Below are positions 12,090 to 25,100 of a DNA stretch of 64,000 nt, piece by piece. How positions within the stretch are numbered: position 1 is the stretch's first letter; each line of letters starts with the position of its first letter. Below the pieces are notes generated by a model, which was not told where the DNA came from, searched no databases, and saw only the letters and a program-made list of their open reading frames with translations. The position numbers were made by a program, and so were the translations under genes. The stretch lies in NCBI RefSeq assembly GCF_018350175.1, contig NC_058368.1:176268001-176332000 (forward strand), read 5' to 3'. This stretch comes from Felis catus (lineage: Eukaryota).

Positions 12090-14069
12090 ACTCCTGTCTT
12101 CTTCCATAGGCTTTATGCTGAGGCCATTAGGGCCTCACTAGCAGTAAGTCCCAGTAGGGTTTGGAGAACGCTTCCAGGTTCAGGCCTGAACTATTACCTC
12201 ATTAGGGCCTTTTCCTTCCCTAGAAGGTTTACTGAGCAGAATGCTCCCTTCTGGGGGACAATCAAAACCTCCCTGGCACAGAACCAGGCCCTTCAGGGCT
12301 CTCATCCTTGTGTTTCACACTGTTACTAGTGCAGCCAACATACTAATCTTCCTGACTCGTGTCTGTAGGAATTGGATCCCAGCAAGTGGCAAGCAAGCCC
12401 TAGTGCAAATAGCAATGTAATCCAGTTGGTTTCCCAATGTCTAATTGAGAGCAAATGGCAAGTAAAAAAAATGCATCAGTACAAAGTAACAGAACAAGGC
12501 AGAAATCAGGGACTTGGATCAGCCAGGGTCATGACCTCTGCCTTAAACTAGGCCATTACATTGGAAATGTGTCAAAATATGATCATGAATGCTGCTCTCC
12601 ATCACTGCTGCAAGCACGCCATAGCTAAGTTCTGCTGTCCTAAAACTATGTAGGCTCCCTATTGGCTAATGCAGCATGCTGAACTCAAGCCACGTGAAAG
12701 CAGCACTCAAAGAAGTGCCACTACACAAGAGACATCACAAGGCTCAGCTTCGAAACCGTGGTGGTTTGCAAGAAAGCAGTGCAGGGTGGCAGTGGGAAGG
12801 TTTTAGACGGACTCCCCCGCCCCCAGGGATAATGGGGTGCAGAGCCTGGCGAGAAGAATCTGGGTGGAGAGCTGCAATGGAGTCACGCTTCCCCCACGGC
12901 TAGGGCTCAAAGACTGTGGCATCCTTTTATGTGGCCACCGTAACCACCTGCATTGCTTTCTTAAATGACAGATATTAAGGGTCAAGTGAACTGCTCTAAT
13001 GGGAGACAGCCTGGCAGAAGTCTTCCCTTCTACTCGAAGCTCAAAGTTGGCTCCAACTGTGGGCGAGTCAGGGTAGCAAGTGAAAAGGGCTTTCGAATGG
13101 AAATTACAAAACCAGGGATCCTACTCCCTGGTCTGCCTCTGAGCAGCTACATTTAACTAGGCAAGCGATTCTCCCTGTCTGGGTGCAGATTGCTTATCTA
13201 TAAAACGATGGGGATAGCTAGCATGTTACCATGGTCCCCTCCAATGTCAGATCTTCAGGGTTTTATGGATTCCATGAAGTTGGCTACCCTTTTGCTGGAA
13301 ATGTAAAGTATGAAGTTGCCTCTCAGGAAAATCTGAAGTTCAAAAAGTAAAGAATGGAAACAAAGAAATGAAAGCAGGACGGTCATTTCAACTCGAAACT
13401 CTTTTGTCCTAAGAACGGCAAAGCAATGAGTTCAGATAGTCGGGGAGGAATAGAAAAGCACAAACTGCAAAACAGGAAATCCATTCTTGGCTTGGCTGGT
13501 TGTCAAAAAGCCATGCACTGGTGACAATTTAGATCCATTTAAAATTTTAATTTCTTAAAACTAATAAAGTCCCCAAATTAGTGAATTATTCAGATGCCTG
13601 CTACCAAAACACAGAAATACTGTCCTATACCAGGCTTTTTAATCTGCCTCGATTTCTCCGGTGCTATTTCTGGGGGTGTGATGATACAAGGAGCTGCTGT
13701 GATACAAGGAACCTTCAACTTGCTGACCATCGTGACCACTTTTTTATGGGCCATGGTCAGACATGGCCTTGCATTATAGTTCTATGTATACTGACCTTAT
13801 CTCTCCAAATTGTGTATCAGCTCTTGACCTTGCAGGGGGCTCAATTTCCACACCTTTGATTCTCCAGTGCCTTGCTTGGCTACAGTAAGCGCTGAAATGA
13901 TTACTAATGATTCAGGGAAGTACTCACCAGTATCTTCAGGTATGTCAAACCACATGACCAGGTTTACACTTCCAACCTAGTTTGAACTACATCAGTTTTT
14001 TTTTTTAAAGGCATCATATCTAAAGATAGAAAAGCTTCCAAAAATGAACTTAACAAACACTGAAACCAG

Positions 14070-14563
14070 ATTTCCACAGAAAGCAGAAAAATAATTTATT
14101 CCAATAGATGGCAGAAATAAGAAAGTCGTCCTGAAAATATACTTTGGTGTAATTCTGTTAGCACAGATATTCCCTCTGAACGTGCTCCCCTACGGACTGC
14201 CCCACTTGACTCTACCGGTCTTGCAACAGTTTTTAAACACTTCGCAGATTCCCATGTTGTGACCAGGCAGGAGTGGTCTCCAAATGCACAGGCTCCAAGG
14301 AGAGAGCAGCACGTTTCTCAGAAGTACAGCGCCTCCTATCTCAGAAGAGTGCATAGACATTTTATAGAGCCAGCACAGTTTAGGTTAAGTAGGCACATAA
14401 TTCATCAAAATGTAAAAAAGGTGACAGGAGAAAATACTGCATTGTAGAAGGAGATATTCAAACGTGGTGTGAATGTTTAAGGCAGCTGATGGCCAACACA
14501 GGCGAGTCAGAGGTGTTCTGGGTTTGGAGTTGATTTTGCATCTAGAGGAATTCTCTTCGTGAC
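14070..14563 (-). other. ATP6V0E1: ATP6V0E1 exon 4 (entirely 3' UTR)
   Basis: Acceptor TTTTGCAG|GTCACGAAGAG at 14563. The sequence resembles the mammalian ATP6V0E1 3' UTR as recalled and ends at an AATAAA. Confidence 0.85.
14095..14100 (-). terminator. ATP6V0E1: Polyadenylation signal AATAAA of ATP6V0E1
   Basis: TTTATT on the plus strand, followed on the minus strand by a GU/U-rich stretch (CTGGTTTCAGTGTTTGTT). Confidence 0.85.
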
Positions 14564-15149
14564 CTGCAAAACAAAGCCGTTCTAGTAACTAATCCTTACC
14601 CCATCCTCAAGCGGGCAAATGGCTAATAACATCAATAAAAGTCAATCAGGCCAATAATTTAAAATATATAGGTGCTCAGTAAATACCTGAATGAAAAGTT
14701 GGCTCAAATAATGTCCCAGTTTGGACAGGTTTCGTAGAGCTGTGACAAGAGGTCCGATTACCAAGGACATTGCTGAACTGAGGGTCGTTAAGTAACAGTT
14801 GGACTGTGTCACAGAAAGCAGGAAGTTGACTCAGACCAATCCTACTGGCATCTAATGGGTTCACTTCGAGAATCTGTATTTGCCCTTCCCCCCCTACAGC
14901 AAGGAAGCACGGTTCCCACAGCCATGGCAAGCTTTTCTCTTATGTCAGACTCCTAAAGAGCTAGCTCCTTGGTACTCGAGGTTGCTCCTAGTTTGCTCCC
15001 CATTCTTCTGGTATAGGTGACAAATGAGATTTCTTTTTCTGGAAGCTTAAAGCTATAACATCACCTTTGCAGAGCCAGCAAACATTTAAAATATGTATCT
15101 TCACACATCAAACTGGTAACAGTGGTCACGTTCACTCCCTTAATATAGC

Positions 15150-15590
15150 TTATTTTATTTATTTTTGAGAGAGAAAGAGTGTGTGTGGCGAAGGGCAGAG
15201 GGGGAGAGAGAATCCCAAGCAGGCTCCATGCCAAGCGAGGAGCTCAACTTGGGGCTCAATCCCACAACGGTGAGATCATGACCTGAACTGAAATCTAAGA
15301 GTTCGATGATTAACCGATTAAGCCACCCAGGCGCCCCATAAAGCTTATTTTAAAAGACTATAAAAATAAGGGTGCCTGGTGGCTCAGTCGGTTGAGCCTG
15401 ACTTCGGCTCAGGTCATGATCTCGTGGTTTGTGAGTTTGAGCCCCGTGAGCTCGAGCCCTGCATCGGGGTCTGTGCTGACAGCTCAGAGCCTGGAACCTG
15501 CTTCGGATTCTGTGTCTCCTCCTCTCTCTGCCCCTCCCCTGCTCATGCTCCGTCTCTCTATCAAAAATAAATAAACATTAAAAAAAAGAC
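15150..15590. mobile_element. Head-to-head Can-SINE pair (15150-15337 minus, 15370-15590 plus)
   Basis: SINE heads and tails; the second copy has TSD AAAAGACTATAAAAATAA. Confidence 0.9.
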
Positions 15591-16743
15591 TATAAAAATA
15601 AAGCCACATATGTGGCTTTCAAAATTAAAAAATAAAGAGAATATAAAAATTAAGTAAATAGTGGCTTTCAAAGGCAATTTCCACACAAGGCCTGAGTTGG
15701 CAGATAAGAAAACAAGCTGGTTATGACACAGAATTTCCCAGAATGTTGAGGGTTAAGTGCAGGGGGGCAAAGGGCCAGTTAAACCGGGAAGAGACACGGT
15801 TTGTGGCAGGCACGTCTGACAAGACTGAAGGTCAAGTAGTACGCAGGAGATCTGATGGGTCCTTAAGTTTTTCCAGATCAGTGGGCACAAGCAGGAGAAT
15901 CCACAGAGCAGTGCGGTAAAATGATAGGTTTCCCAGGGTCCACAATGCCCAGAAGCAGATACAAGACGGCCGCTAAGTCTTACTGGTGCAAGCTGGGGCA
16001 GTCCAACCACCCTCCGCATGGGAAGTACCAGACTGCTCGACCCACTAAGGCAGGCCACTGCAAACAAAATACATTCAACTTGAGATATAATCAGAGGACT
16101 GTTTTTATAACGTACTAGGAAAATAACCACATCAGGCCAGGGAGGGGCAACTATGAGAGCTACTGGTTTCTGGTGCCTCACTGCCTCATAAAACCTTTAA
16201 TCTAATGATCATTTCCTCTTCTCCTCCTTGGGCCACCGGAACAACCTGTCTGCACAGACCTGTGTTCTACGCAGATGAGAAATTTTACTTGAGAATACCG
16301 AAGCAGTGAATGCAGGTGTTTCGTGTGTTAGTTTTTTATGAAGCATACAGGTTAGACCTCCTCATCGTTTAGGCCTTTTTGGACAAATGAACAATAACAA
16401 AAGTAAAAAGTAAGTCTTCATCTTTGGAAAACCACACTGAAACAGGGGCTAATTTTCACTTAGGCTCAATGATACTAGTTTGAGATAAATGTGAGTGAGC
16501 ATTATATTAAATGGCATGGACTTGTGGTTTGATTTGGTGGTGAATTAAAGAAGCACATATTCTAATTGTCTCTCTGACATGAAACCGCCGTTGGGGGTGG
16601 GTGGGGAGGACCTCAACCAAAGGGTCCACATTCTCATTCTGTAAAATAAGGGAATGACTAAGGCTACTTTCAGATAAAACTGACAGTGAAGACAACATAA
16701 AAATATTAAGGCCTGAACCAGGAAATCTTTTCAGAGGAGGATG

Positions 16744-16748
16744 AGTGT

Positions 16749-16792
<44 letters not shown>
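16744..16792. repeat. (TG)n microsatellite
   Basis: Seen directly in the sequence. Confidence 0.95.
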
Positions 16793-16799
<7 letters not shown>

Positions 16800-16829
16800 T
16801 AGGTTTTATTTTTATCTGTTTTTTCATTT

Positions 16830-17287
16830 TATTTTTTTTTTTTTTTAATTTTTTTTTCAACGTTTTTATTTATTTTTGGGACAGAGAGAGACAGAGCATG
16901 AACGGGGGAGGGGCAGAGAGAGAGGGAGACACAGAATCAGAAGCAGGCTCCAGGCTCTGAGCCATCAGCCCAGAGCCTGACGCGGGGCTCGAACTCCCGG
17001 ACCGCGAGATCGTGACCTGGCTGAAGTCGGACGCTTAACCGACTGCGCCACCCAGGCGCCCCATTTTATTTTTATTTTTAAAATTTTTTTAATCTTTATT
17101 TACGTTTGAGAGAGAGAGACAGAGTGCGAGTGGGGGACGAACAGAGAGGGAGACACAGAATCTGAAGCAGGCTCCAGGCTCCGAGCTGTCAGCACAGGGC
17201 CCGACGCGGGGCTCAAACTCATGAACCATGAGATCATGACCTGAGCCGAAGTCGGACGCTTAACTGACTGAGCCACCCAGGCGCCCC
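16830..17287 (-). mobile_element. Two tandem Can-SINEs (16830-17062 young, 17065-17287)
   Basis: Two reverse SINE bodies, each ending in CCCAGGCGCCCC. Confidence 0.95.
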
Positions 17288-18334
17288 TCTGTTTTTTCAT
17301 TTTCGATAAATTCACACAACAATTCCTTTTTTACGATTATGTGCAAGATATGTGTTTATTGCAGAGTAACTACGAGAGATATTTAAGCAAATGAAAAGTA
17401 TGTGTATTTAACGAGTCAAGGCAATGTACCAAATGAATAGCTAAATATATTTAGGGAGAAATGAAATCACTTTGAGACCAAGTGGCCAGAAAAGCTGGAC
17501 ATTCAAAGAGAAAACATCACAAAGAATTGAGAGAATGGGTGAATGGAGGGCAGAAAGAATGTCTGCAGAGTATGTGCTTACTAATCTGCGTCCTAAATTA
17601 ATGAATGTCATAGGGTAGTAAGAGACAGGAAAAGCTAAGTGAAGTTAATTAGACCAAGAACACGGAAATGGCAGGGCTGGAACCAATAGGTCACGGAGGA
17701 AAGTAGCGAATAAGTAGGCTGCAAAAGTGGTCTGAGGGCAACTGGCAAGGCCTTGACGGCCAAGTGAGGAAGCTGGACATGATTTGCAGGTTAGTCATTC
17801 TTATCTTTTGTGGCTCATAGGACCTTTGGAGACCCTGACAAAAGCTGTGCTTACAACATGTTACATAGGCAGGTACTCACTAACCTCAGAGATTTAAAGT
17901 TTAAAAAAAAACCCTACAGTAGCCTACGGAGAACTACTGAAAGCTTCTGAGGCAAGCAGTGATCTCTTTCAGGGAGAGCTGCATCAGGAAGACAAACAGG
18001 GTGGAGTTTTGTAGATACTGTGACTATAGAGCAGGGAGACCTGAGGAAGAGCCACTGTAATAACTTGGAGTCACACTGATCTGGGTCAGAAATTAGGGTG
18101 CCCAAAGGAGAAACGGGAAACAAGAACAGACACAAGAGCCATTAACAGGATCAAAGGGATTCGAGGAAAAGGAGAAAGAAGTGATTAGAGAAAGAAGTGA
18201 CTGAACAGGTTCTGACTCTAAGTGACAGGGAGATCTATGACATCAGGAATTGAAACAGAGACATGACAGTTTGAGTGGCAGCAGCAAATCCGGTCAGAGA
18301 GAGCCGGGTAAAAGATAACATTTTCAAAAAAAAA

Positions 18335-18545
18335 AATTTTAATGTTTATTTATTTTTGAGACAGATAGACACACAGCATGAGCAGGGGAGGGGCAAAGTG
18401 AGAGGGAGACACAGAATCCGAAGCAGGCTCCAGGCTCTGAACTGTCAGCACAGAGCCTGACATGAGGTTCAAACTCACGAGCACTGAGACCATGACCTGA
18501 GCCAAAGTTGGGACACTTAACCAACTTAGCCGCCCAGACGCCCCT
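18335..18545 (-). mobile_element. Can-SINE
   Basis: Reverse SINE body. Confidence 0.9.
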
Positions 18546-18787
18546 AAAAGACACACTTTTTAACCACAAAACACCTTGCACTGTTTAACTTTTTACAAAC
18601 ATGGCTTACTTTCAACCTCTCAGCAAGTCACAAACTTCTTTAGAGCCCACAGCCTTCCCTGAAATCCCCACTCAGTACCCAGGCACCTCATGAGCACTCA
18701 AATATTTTTGGAATGCATAGAAAAACAGCTCCCCCTGGGGCATAGGCCTAATTACCAATACACTTTATTCCTCTCCTGTCCAGACTC

Positions 18788-18824
<37 letters not shown>

Positions 18825-19789
18825 GGTTTGCCCTTTAGGACTGCAGTAAGCCATATAAGTTCATCTAAAATGTTACAATGCTGTGGTAAACTAACTTGTA
18901 GGACACTGGGGCCGGGCCAAATCCACTCCAACAAGATTCCACACTAGCATCGCACCCCCAGGGCAATAGGAAAATGGGCCATGACAAAAACAGCAATCTT
19001 GATGTGACAGTTCCAGAAGCATCTTAGGAATCTAGGAAAGGCAGACAAGGTTGGCAGGGGAAAGAGAGGGAGTGAGCACTGTTCTTAGAAGTACTGGGCA
19101 AGATTTCCAGCCAATAAACATAATGTGCTATAACTCAGCCTATCATCACCACATGAGAGAAAATCGTGGCAATTAAAATGACTAAAGTAGCAAAAGATCA
19201 GCTAGGTGTTTAACTGTGCTGTTGAAATCAAATCAACTCCATCTATATAAAATTATCCTAAAGCTTTCATGACTGTTCCTCATTTTTCTCTGCTGCATAC
19301 CATGTCTGGTTTACACCTCCTACTTTCCAAATCTGGCCTCTAATCATGTACAAAATCAAACATTTTTCCTTACCAGATGAAGACAGGCCTAAATCTGGTT
19401 CTGCACTCCTTTATCATCCCACTGTTGTGTAAAAGTACAAAGTTCAAAAGGGAATTTAGCTCAATCTTTTGATTTACCACAAAGAAAAATGAAGTCTTGT
19501 CACAAGAGTTCTATTTGCTCTGTTAGGCAGAGATTAGATCTCTTCATGTGATAATTCCAAAGGCCTACAGTTATTGTACCACCATAGTCATGACCTCAAA
19601 TGCAGAATAAATGTGAAGACATTCCTAATTAGAGTTTGTCTGGCTCTGCCCTCCTGCTTCCTGGTGTTTGCTTGTAAAGGAACCACCTTTCATACAAGTT
19701 TTAAGCAGCCCTGGTTTGTGCTATGGACCAGAGTGCAGACAGAAGGTATCTGTCAGTCAGGTTAACTTGAGATTGAAAATGAACAAATG

Positions 19790-19935
19790 AGGGAGGCCTG
19801 AGTGGCTCAGTCAGTTGAGCATCTGACTCTTGGTTTTGGCTCAGGTCATGATCTCACAGTTCGTGGGTCTGAGCCCCACGTGGGGTTCTGCAGCTGGCAG
19901 CATTGAGCCTGCTTGGGATTCTCTCTCTTTCTCTC

Positions 19936-19969
<34 letters not shown>

Positions 19970-20045
19970 CTTCTCCTGCTCAAGCTGTCTCTGTCTCTCT
20001 CAAAATAAATAAATGTAAAAAAAAAATTTTTTTTTTTTTTTTTTT
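19790..20045 (+). mobile_element. Can-SINE
   Basis: SINE head, (CT)n tract and tail. Confidence 0.9.
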
Positions 20046-20185
20046 TAAAGAAAATGGACAAATGAAACCTCAGATCTACACCCAGTGTTCTTCAGGTCCA
20101 AAGGGCCCTTTTTCATTACACAGGAAGGAAATGAGGCTCAGAGAAGTTAAGTGAAAGGCAATGCTGGAAGGATTGGAATGCTGGA

Positions 20186-20189
<4 letters not shown>

Positions 20190-20216
<27 letters not shown>

Positions 20217-20340
20217 CATATATGTATTATATATGATATATATATAAAATATATATTATATATGAGATATATAAAATATATATGATCTATATATGATATA
20301 TATATATATACATATATATATATCATATATATATGATAAA
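20190..20340. repeat. (TA)n-rich low-complexity tract
   Basis: Seen directly in the sequence. Confidence 0.9.
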
Positions 20341-22500
20341 TCAAAACCCCTTTGGGCAAAGACAGAACTCTAAGGAAAAAGAAAAAAAAGAAAAAGCTGA
20401 CTACTTAACCTATCTCGATCGGCAAAAATCCAAGCTGTGAGGAAACAAGCACTCTCCTACATTGTTAGTGGAAATGTAAAAATGGTATAATCCCTATAGA
20501 AGGGAGTGTAGTAATAGCTAGAAAAAGCATACACCTTTAACCCAGAGATCCACTTTTCATGGAATCTAACCCAAAGATTTCCAGCAAAAATAGAAAATAA
20601 AATGTCATATGTATAGGATGATACTGTGCCTCTATCGATAATAGCAAAAGACTAGAAACAATCTAAAAGTACACCAATGGCTATAAAAAGAACTGAAGAA
20701 GATCTCTATACACTGATAGGAGCAGTCTCTAAAACACATTGTTCAGTGAAAAAAAGCAAGGTACAGAATAGTATATGCAATATGGTATCTTTTCTGTAAT
20801 AGCTGTATGGGGGGATATACACACATATACATATATATTTATGTGTATGTATTTGCTTATATACATGTTACGTATATACATATATATACCTGTATGTATG
20901 TATTTGCTTATCTTGGCAAAATGAAACACTGGAAAGACAGACATCTCTGAATGTATCTTGTTTATAATTCTGACTGTGAAAATATGTTTACATATTCAAA
21001 AATAGTAGCAAATAAAAATATTACTATGAATTGAACACAAAATAAAATAACTTAATCTGATTATATATCACTTTGATAATGATGAGAGAAAATAATTATT
21101 TCAAGGGACCTCAGAAAACAACATCTTTTCTTTATTTGTTCTAAGGACAAATAAAGCAGCAAAGAAATCCTAAATTGCATTCGATAAACTTACAGTTAGT
21201 TATCTGGTGTTATCTGGAAACCATATGTATTGCAGGATAATGAAAGTAAGTTACTGCCTGTAGGAGGCAAGATTTTCGGCATATATGAATGATACTCAAG
21301 TATAAAACCAAAGAAGTCAAAACCATGTAATGTTAAATTTTAATTAGAAATATTAACATAAACTCATGATTTTCTTTCTTCTCAGAAGAATGTAATTCCT
21401 GGCTCTGTCCACTGTAAAGGCTTAGAAGCAACATCCCAGCAGAAATGGATGTACCCAGCAATCAGATCTTTTCTTTTTTTAAAATTTACTTTGAGAGAGA
21501 CAGAGAGAGGGCGAGCGGGGGAGGGTCCGAGAGAGAGCCCCCGAGAGAGGGGGAGAAACCAAGCAAGTTTCAAGTGGTCAGTGGGCGGAGCCCAACATGG
21601 GGCCAAACCCACAAAACCGCGAGATCATGACCTGAGCCGAAACCAAGAGTCAGACATTTAACCGACCGAGCCACCCAGGCGCCCTTTAGATCTTGGTTTT
21701 TAAATACCATTCCCACTGAAAGGAATGAAGGCCAGCTGGGCTTGAGGACTGACTAGTGAACCAGGTATCCTTTCAGGAGGAAACAGCTGATTCCAAGTCT
21801 GGGACAGGAAACACACAAGAGGGGTCTGGGACATCTTGATGTTGCCAGTAAGTGAGGAAACTACCAAAGACTAATAATAAAAGGACACAGAAGCCAGTTT
21901 ACACAGGCTCTAGTAGGCCAAAGAAAGAGCAACTGACTACGAAAATGGTAATAAATGTAACTGATTAAAACTCAAAAGGGAAGAAAAGAAAACCTCACTG
22001 GATGCCCTGGAAGTAACTTGGACACCCAATATCTCACTCTGAAAATTAAAATAATTAAATACGGACACTGCTCTTCCTGTATGTTCTATATTTCAAGGTT
22101 ACTAAATAACCTTAGAATGAGGGTTAAGTTCATCTTGGTAGAGACGTTTTATCTAATCAAATGTAGAAGTAATAATGGAACTAGAAAATCACCATTTTGC
22201 ATTTGCTACCGAAACGTTTACTTCAGGCTAAGATTATGACAATCAACGGGTAAAACCCCCAGATAAAAGGCTGGCAGAGAACTTTACAATTGGAGGGACC
22301 AGGCTGTCATTACTTGAATCTACCGATCATCATAGCATCACTAAAGACAGGAGAGTCAGACACTCTGTGTCTCTTGATAGGACTTCACAGTACCACATAA
22401 GCAGTACCCTCGCCAAAAAAGCTGAGCCAGATCTAGGCAAGCACTGAGTGCTAACTTCCATTTATCGAAATAATCAAGAAAGAGGAACAAACTTAATGAC
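20340..22500 (+). mobile_element. Ancient L1M-type 3' region, interrupted by a Can-SINE (21470-21685, minus)
   Basis: L1 ORF2-end and 3'-UTR-like motifs (GCACTCTCCTACATTG..GTGGAAATGTAAAATGGTATAA, ATAGCAAAAGACTAGAAACAATCTAAA). Confidence 0.65.
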
Positions 22501-22963
22501 AGGTTTCCTGACTCTCGGCCAGTGAATAAATCTTTCCACTATACTACTCCTTATGTCTCTGAGCCTGTGAACCAAATAAAAGCTACAATTTTCATTCCAG
22601 TTTTCAAAAAGCACCTGCCTCTCTCTATCCAAAGCATTCAGAAATGCTCCTAATTTAAAATCTGCCAGCAACTCTTAAGAATCCTGCAATATCAAGTATA
22701 AATAATAGCGCTCCTGTGTCTGAAAGACTGCATGCAAACTTTATTTAAATGGCTGGGTAACAGCAGAATTGAAAAGAATCTCATGAATAAATCCTCTGGT
22801 AAGGTGAATGGCCTAAGTTCCAAATTCTGTCCTTCAGATGTTTGCTTTCGGCAGCCTGCCCTTGCCAAGTGTTAAAATGGCTGTCGTTTTCTGAGGAAAA
22901 GTCAAGGCAACCTCTAGCTGCCTGATGGACAACACTGATGTGAAAGGTTCAGGGCATAGTCAC

Positions 22964-22999
22964 CTCAATGACTGAGCGCTGGAGAATGCGTCTTCCTCC
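22964..22999 (-). other. ATP6V0E1: 3'-UTR part of ATP6V0E1 exon 3
   Basis: 36 nt after the TGA, then donor CATTGAG|GTGACT at 22963. Confidence 0.85.
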
Positions 23000-23161
<162 letters not shown>

Positions 23162-25026
23162 TCAATTAGGATGGAACGAGTGCTTTAGTAAAATTAGCAG
23201 TGAGGTTTCACCATAGTCTGCTCTGTCTTTTCTTCTCTCATTACCTTAATTCCAAGTGTCCAAGATTTCCTGCATTCATAGGAAACCTTTAACCCAGAGT
23301 ATTTTTACCTAATCTCAATTTAGCATCATCACAACTTCCAGGCTCAGGAAGAATGGGTGTTACTTTATCCATTCTCCAAATGCTAAGACCCACAACTGAT
23401 ATGACACACCCATTTTTACTGGCACAGCCAAGGTTAAATTTCAGCCCCCCATCTTCCAATTAGACTGTAACACTTGAGCTCCCCTTCTCTAATCACCATC
23501 ACCACTAAAATATGTAACACGTCTTTTGGGCCCCAGTGGAGCTGAACCAAATGGGAATTTAATTCCCCCGGCTTACTTGAGAATCTAAGCAACAAGGCAT
23601 TCCTCTGTACTATATGGACTAATTATGGAGGAAGTACAGTGATGCTACATTACCTCAGAGTTAGAAGCGAAAAAATAGCACCTAAATTGTCTTTAAACTT
23701 TTGTTCTACTGCTCCCAAAATTCCGAATAAATGGTTTTGTGTCTGATAGAGGAATACACATAATCCAGCAAAGTTTCAGAATCACTGAGCTAAGACGAAA
23801 GCAAAAACAACAAGAAAGATAATACACAAACGTCTGGCCGTTCAAACCATTCCATGTTTTACTTATTAAACAAATATTTAATGAGCACCTACGAGGTTCC
23901 AGGCCCCACAGATACAGAGGAGAAAATGAAATGTCACCACCCTCACGAAGCTTACCTAATATAATATCAGGAAGGAAAGAAAGTGGGACGAAGGAATAGG
24001 GAATGATGGAGGTAGTGAGGGAAGACCTCTCCAAGGAGGTAACATTTGAGCAGAATACACATTGCCTTTCATTCCTATTTAATATATATGAAGTGATTGG
24101 AGACTCTCATTTTACGGGGCAAGGGTATGGTGAACAAGCCCAGCCTCCGTGGACTGATCTGGGAGAGTGGATTTTAGTAACATGATCTGACGCAGCGATC
24201 CTCTCTGCGTGGAATAGAAGGAACCGCTTTGCAAGGAAAAGGAGAGTTATTGCTACAGGAGTCTCCTTCTAAAATTTTAGCACTTTAAATTCCCCTATTA
24301 TAAGAGGGGAACCAGCCAAACCCAACCGGAATGTCAGCTGGTTGCACCTTTTTTCTTCCACTTGCTGTCATTTTTAGAACTCTGCCAGCCAACGGCTCAA
24401 AAAGCCGATTCTGATCACCAGCGACTAGACTGCCACAGAATCTGCCAGCACCGCACCAGAAGCTTGCACCTACGGAAACAAACATACCTGCCCGCCCTCC
24501 TACCCTGCCCCACCCCATGTAAGGTGGTTTTGTGACAGGAAACATGATACTTGAGGAAATGGGGCCAAAATAGATACCCTAAGCTGACTCACTTTATAAA
24601 CAAAAAGTTAATTCAGGTGAGATTCTCTGATCTGTCCTTAAAACGAGAGTGTTAAACACAAAAAAATGCCAAGACTTGGGGCTGAGATCACATCTATCTG
24701 ACACTGTGAAAAAAAAGGAAGAAGACAGCACAAGCAGACACACTGAAGAGCTCTGTGCCTGCAGTGAACACTAATTGGTGCAGAGCTAAGAGTCATGGAA
24801 AATTCCACAGACCCAGGACTTCCCCAATCCCAGCAGGCAAGAGAGGCTGACCGTAAAAACAGTCGTTCATCCTTTCGTAAGAGACTGAAATAATTGGCCA
24901 GTGCTTACAAGTACTAGATAAAAAAATATGCTAGAACCCTATGCTAGTCTGTCTCCTTTCTTCATCAAAAATGTGTAGAATGAAATGAAAGCACCATCTC
25001 CCAGCACTTTGTATGATGTCGTATAG

Positions 25027-25100
25027 CAGTGCCTCTCGATCCTGGCCGCACATTATAATCACCCAGGGAGCTTTAAAAGATACTGACGCTACAACTTCAC
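25027..25100. mobile_element. MER5-like hAT-Charlie DNA transposon fragment
   Basis: CAGTG..TCTC..CCTGGCCGCACATTATAATCACCCAGGGAGCTTTAAAA matches a MER5-type terminus. Confidence 0.6.

Noticed and set aside
15753..16181. 142-aa sense-strand ORF in ATP6V0E1 intron 3
   Set aside because: Non-ATG start and no recognisable domain.
22300..22960. SNORA74B (U19-like H/ACA snoRNA), which I recall being annotated just after exon 3 of human ATP6V0E1
   Set aside because: I could not find U19-like sequence (ATCCAGCGGTTGTCAGCTATCCAGGC or its complement) here by eye; the region looks like L1/MIR debris. An Infernal/Rfam scan would settle it.
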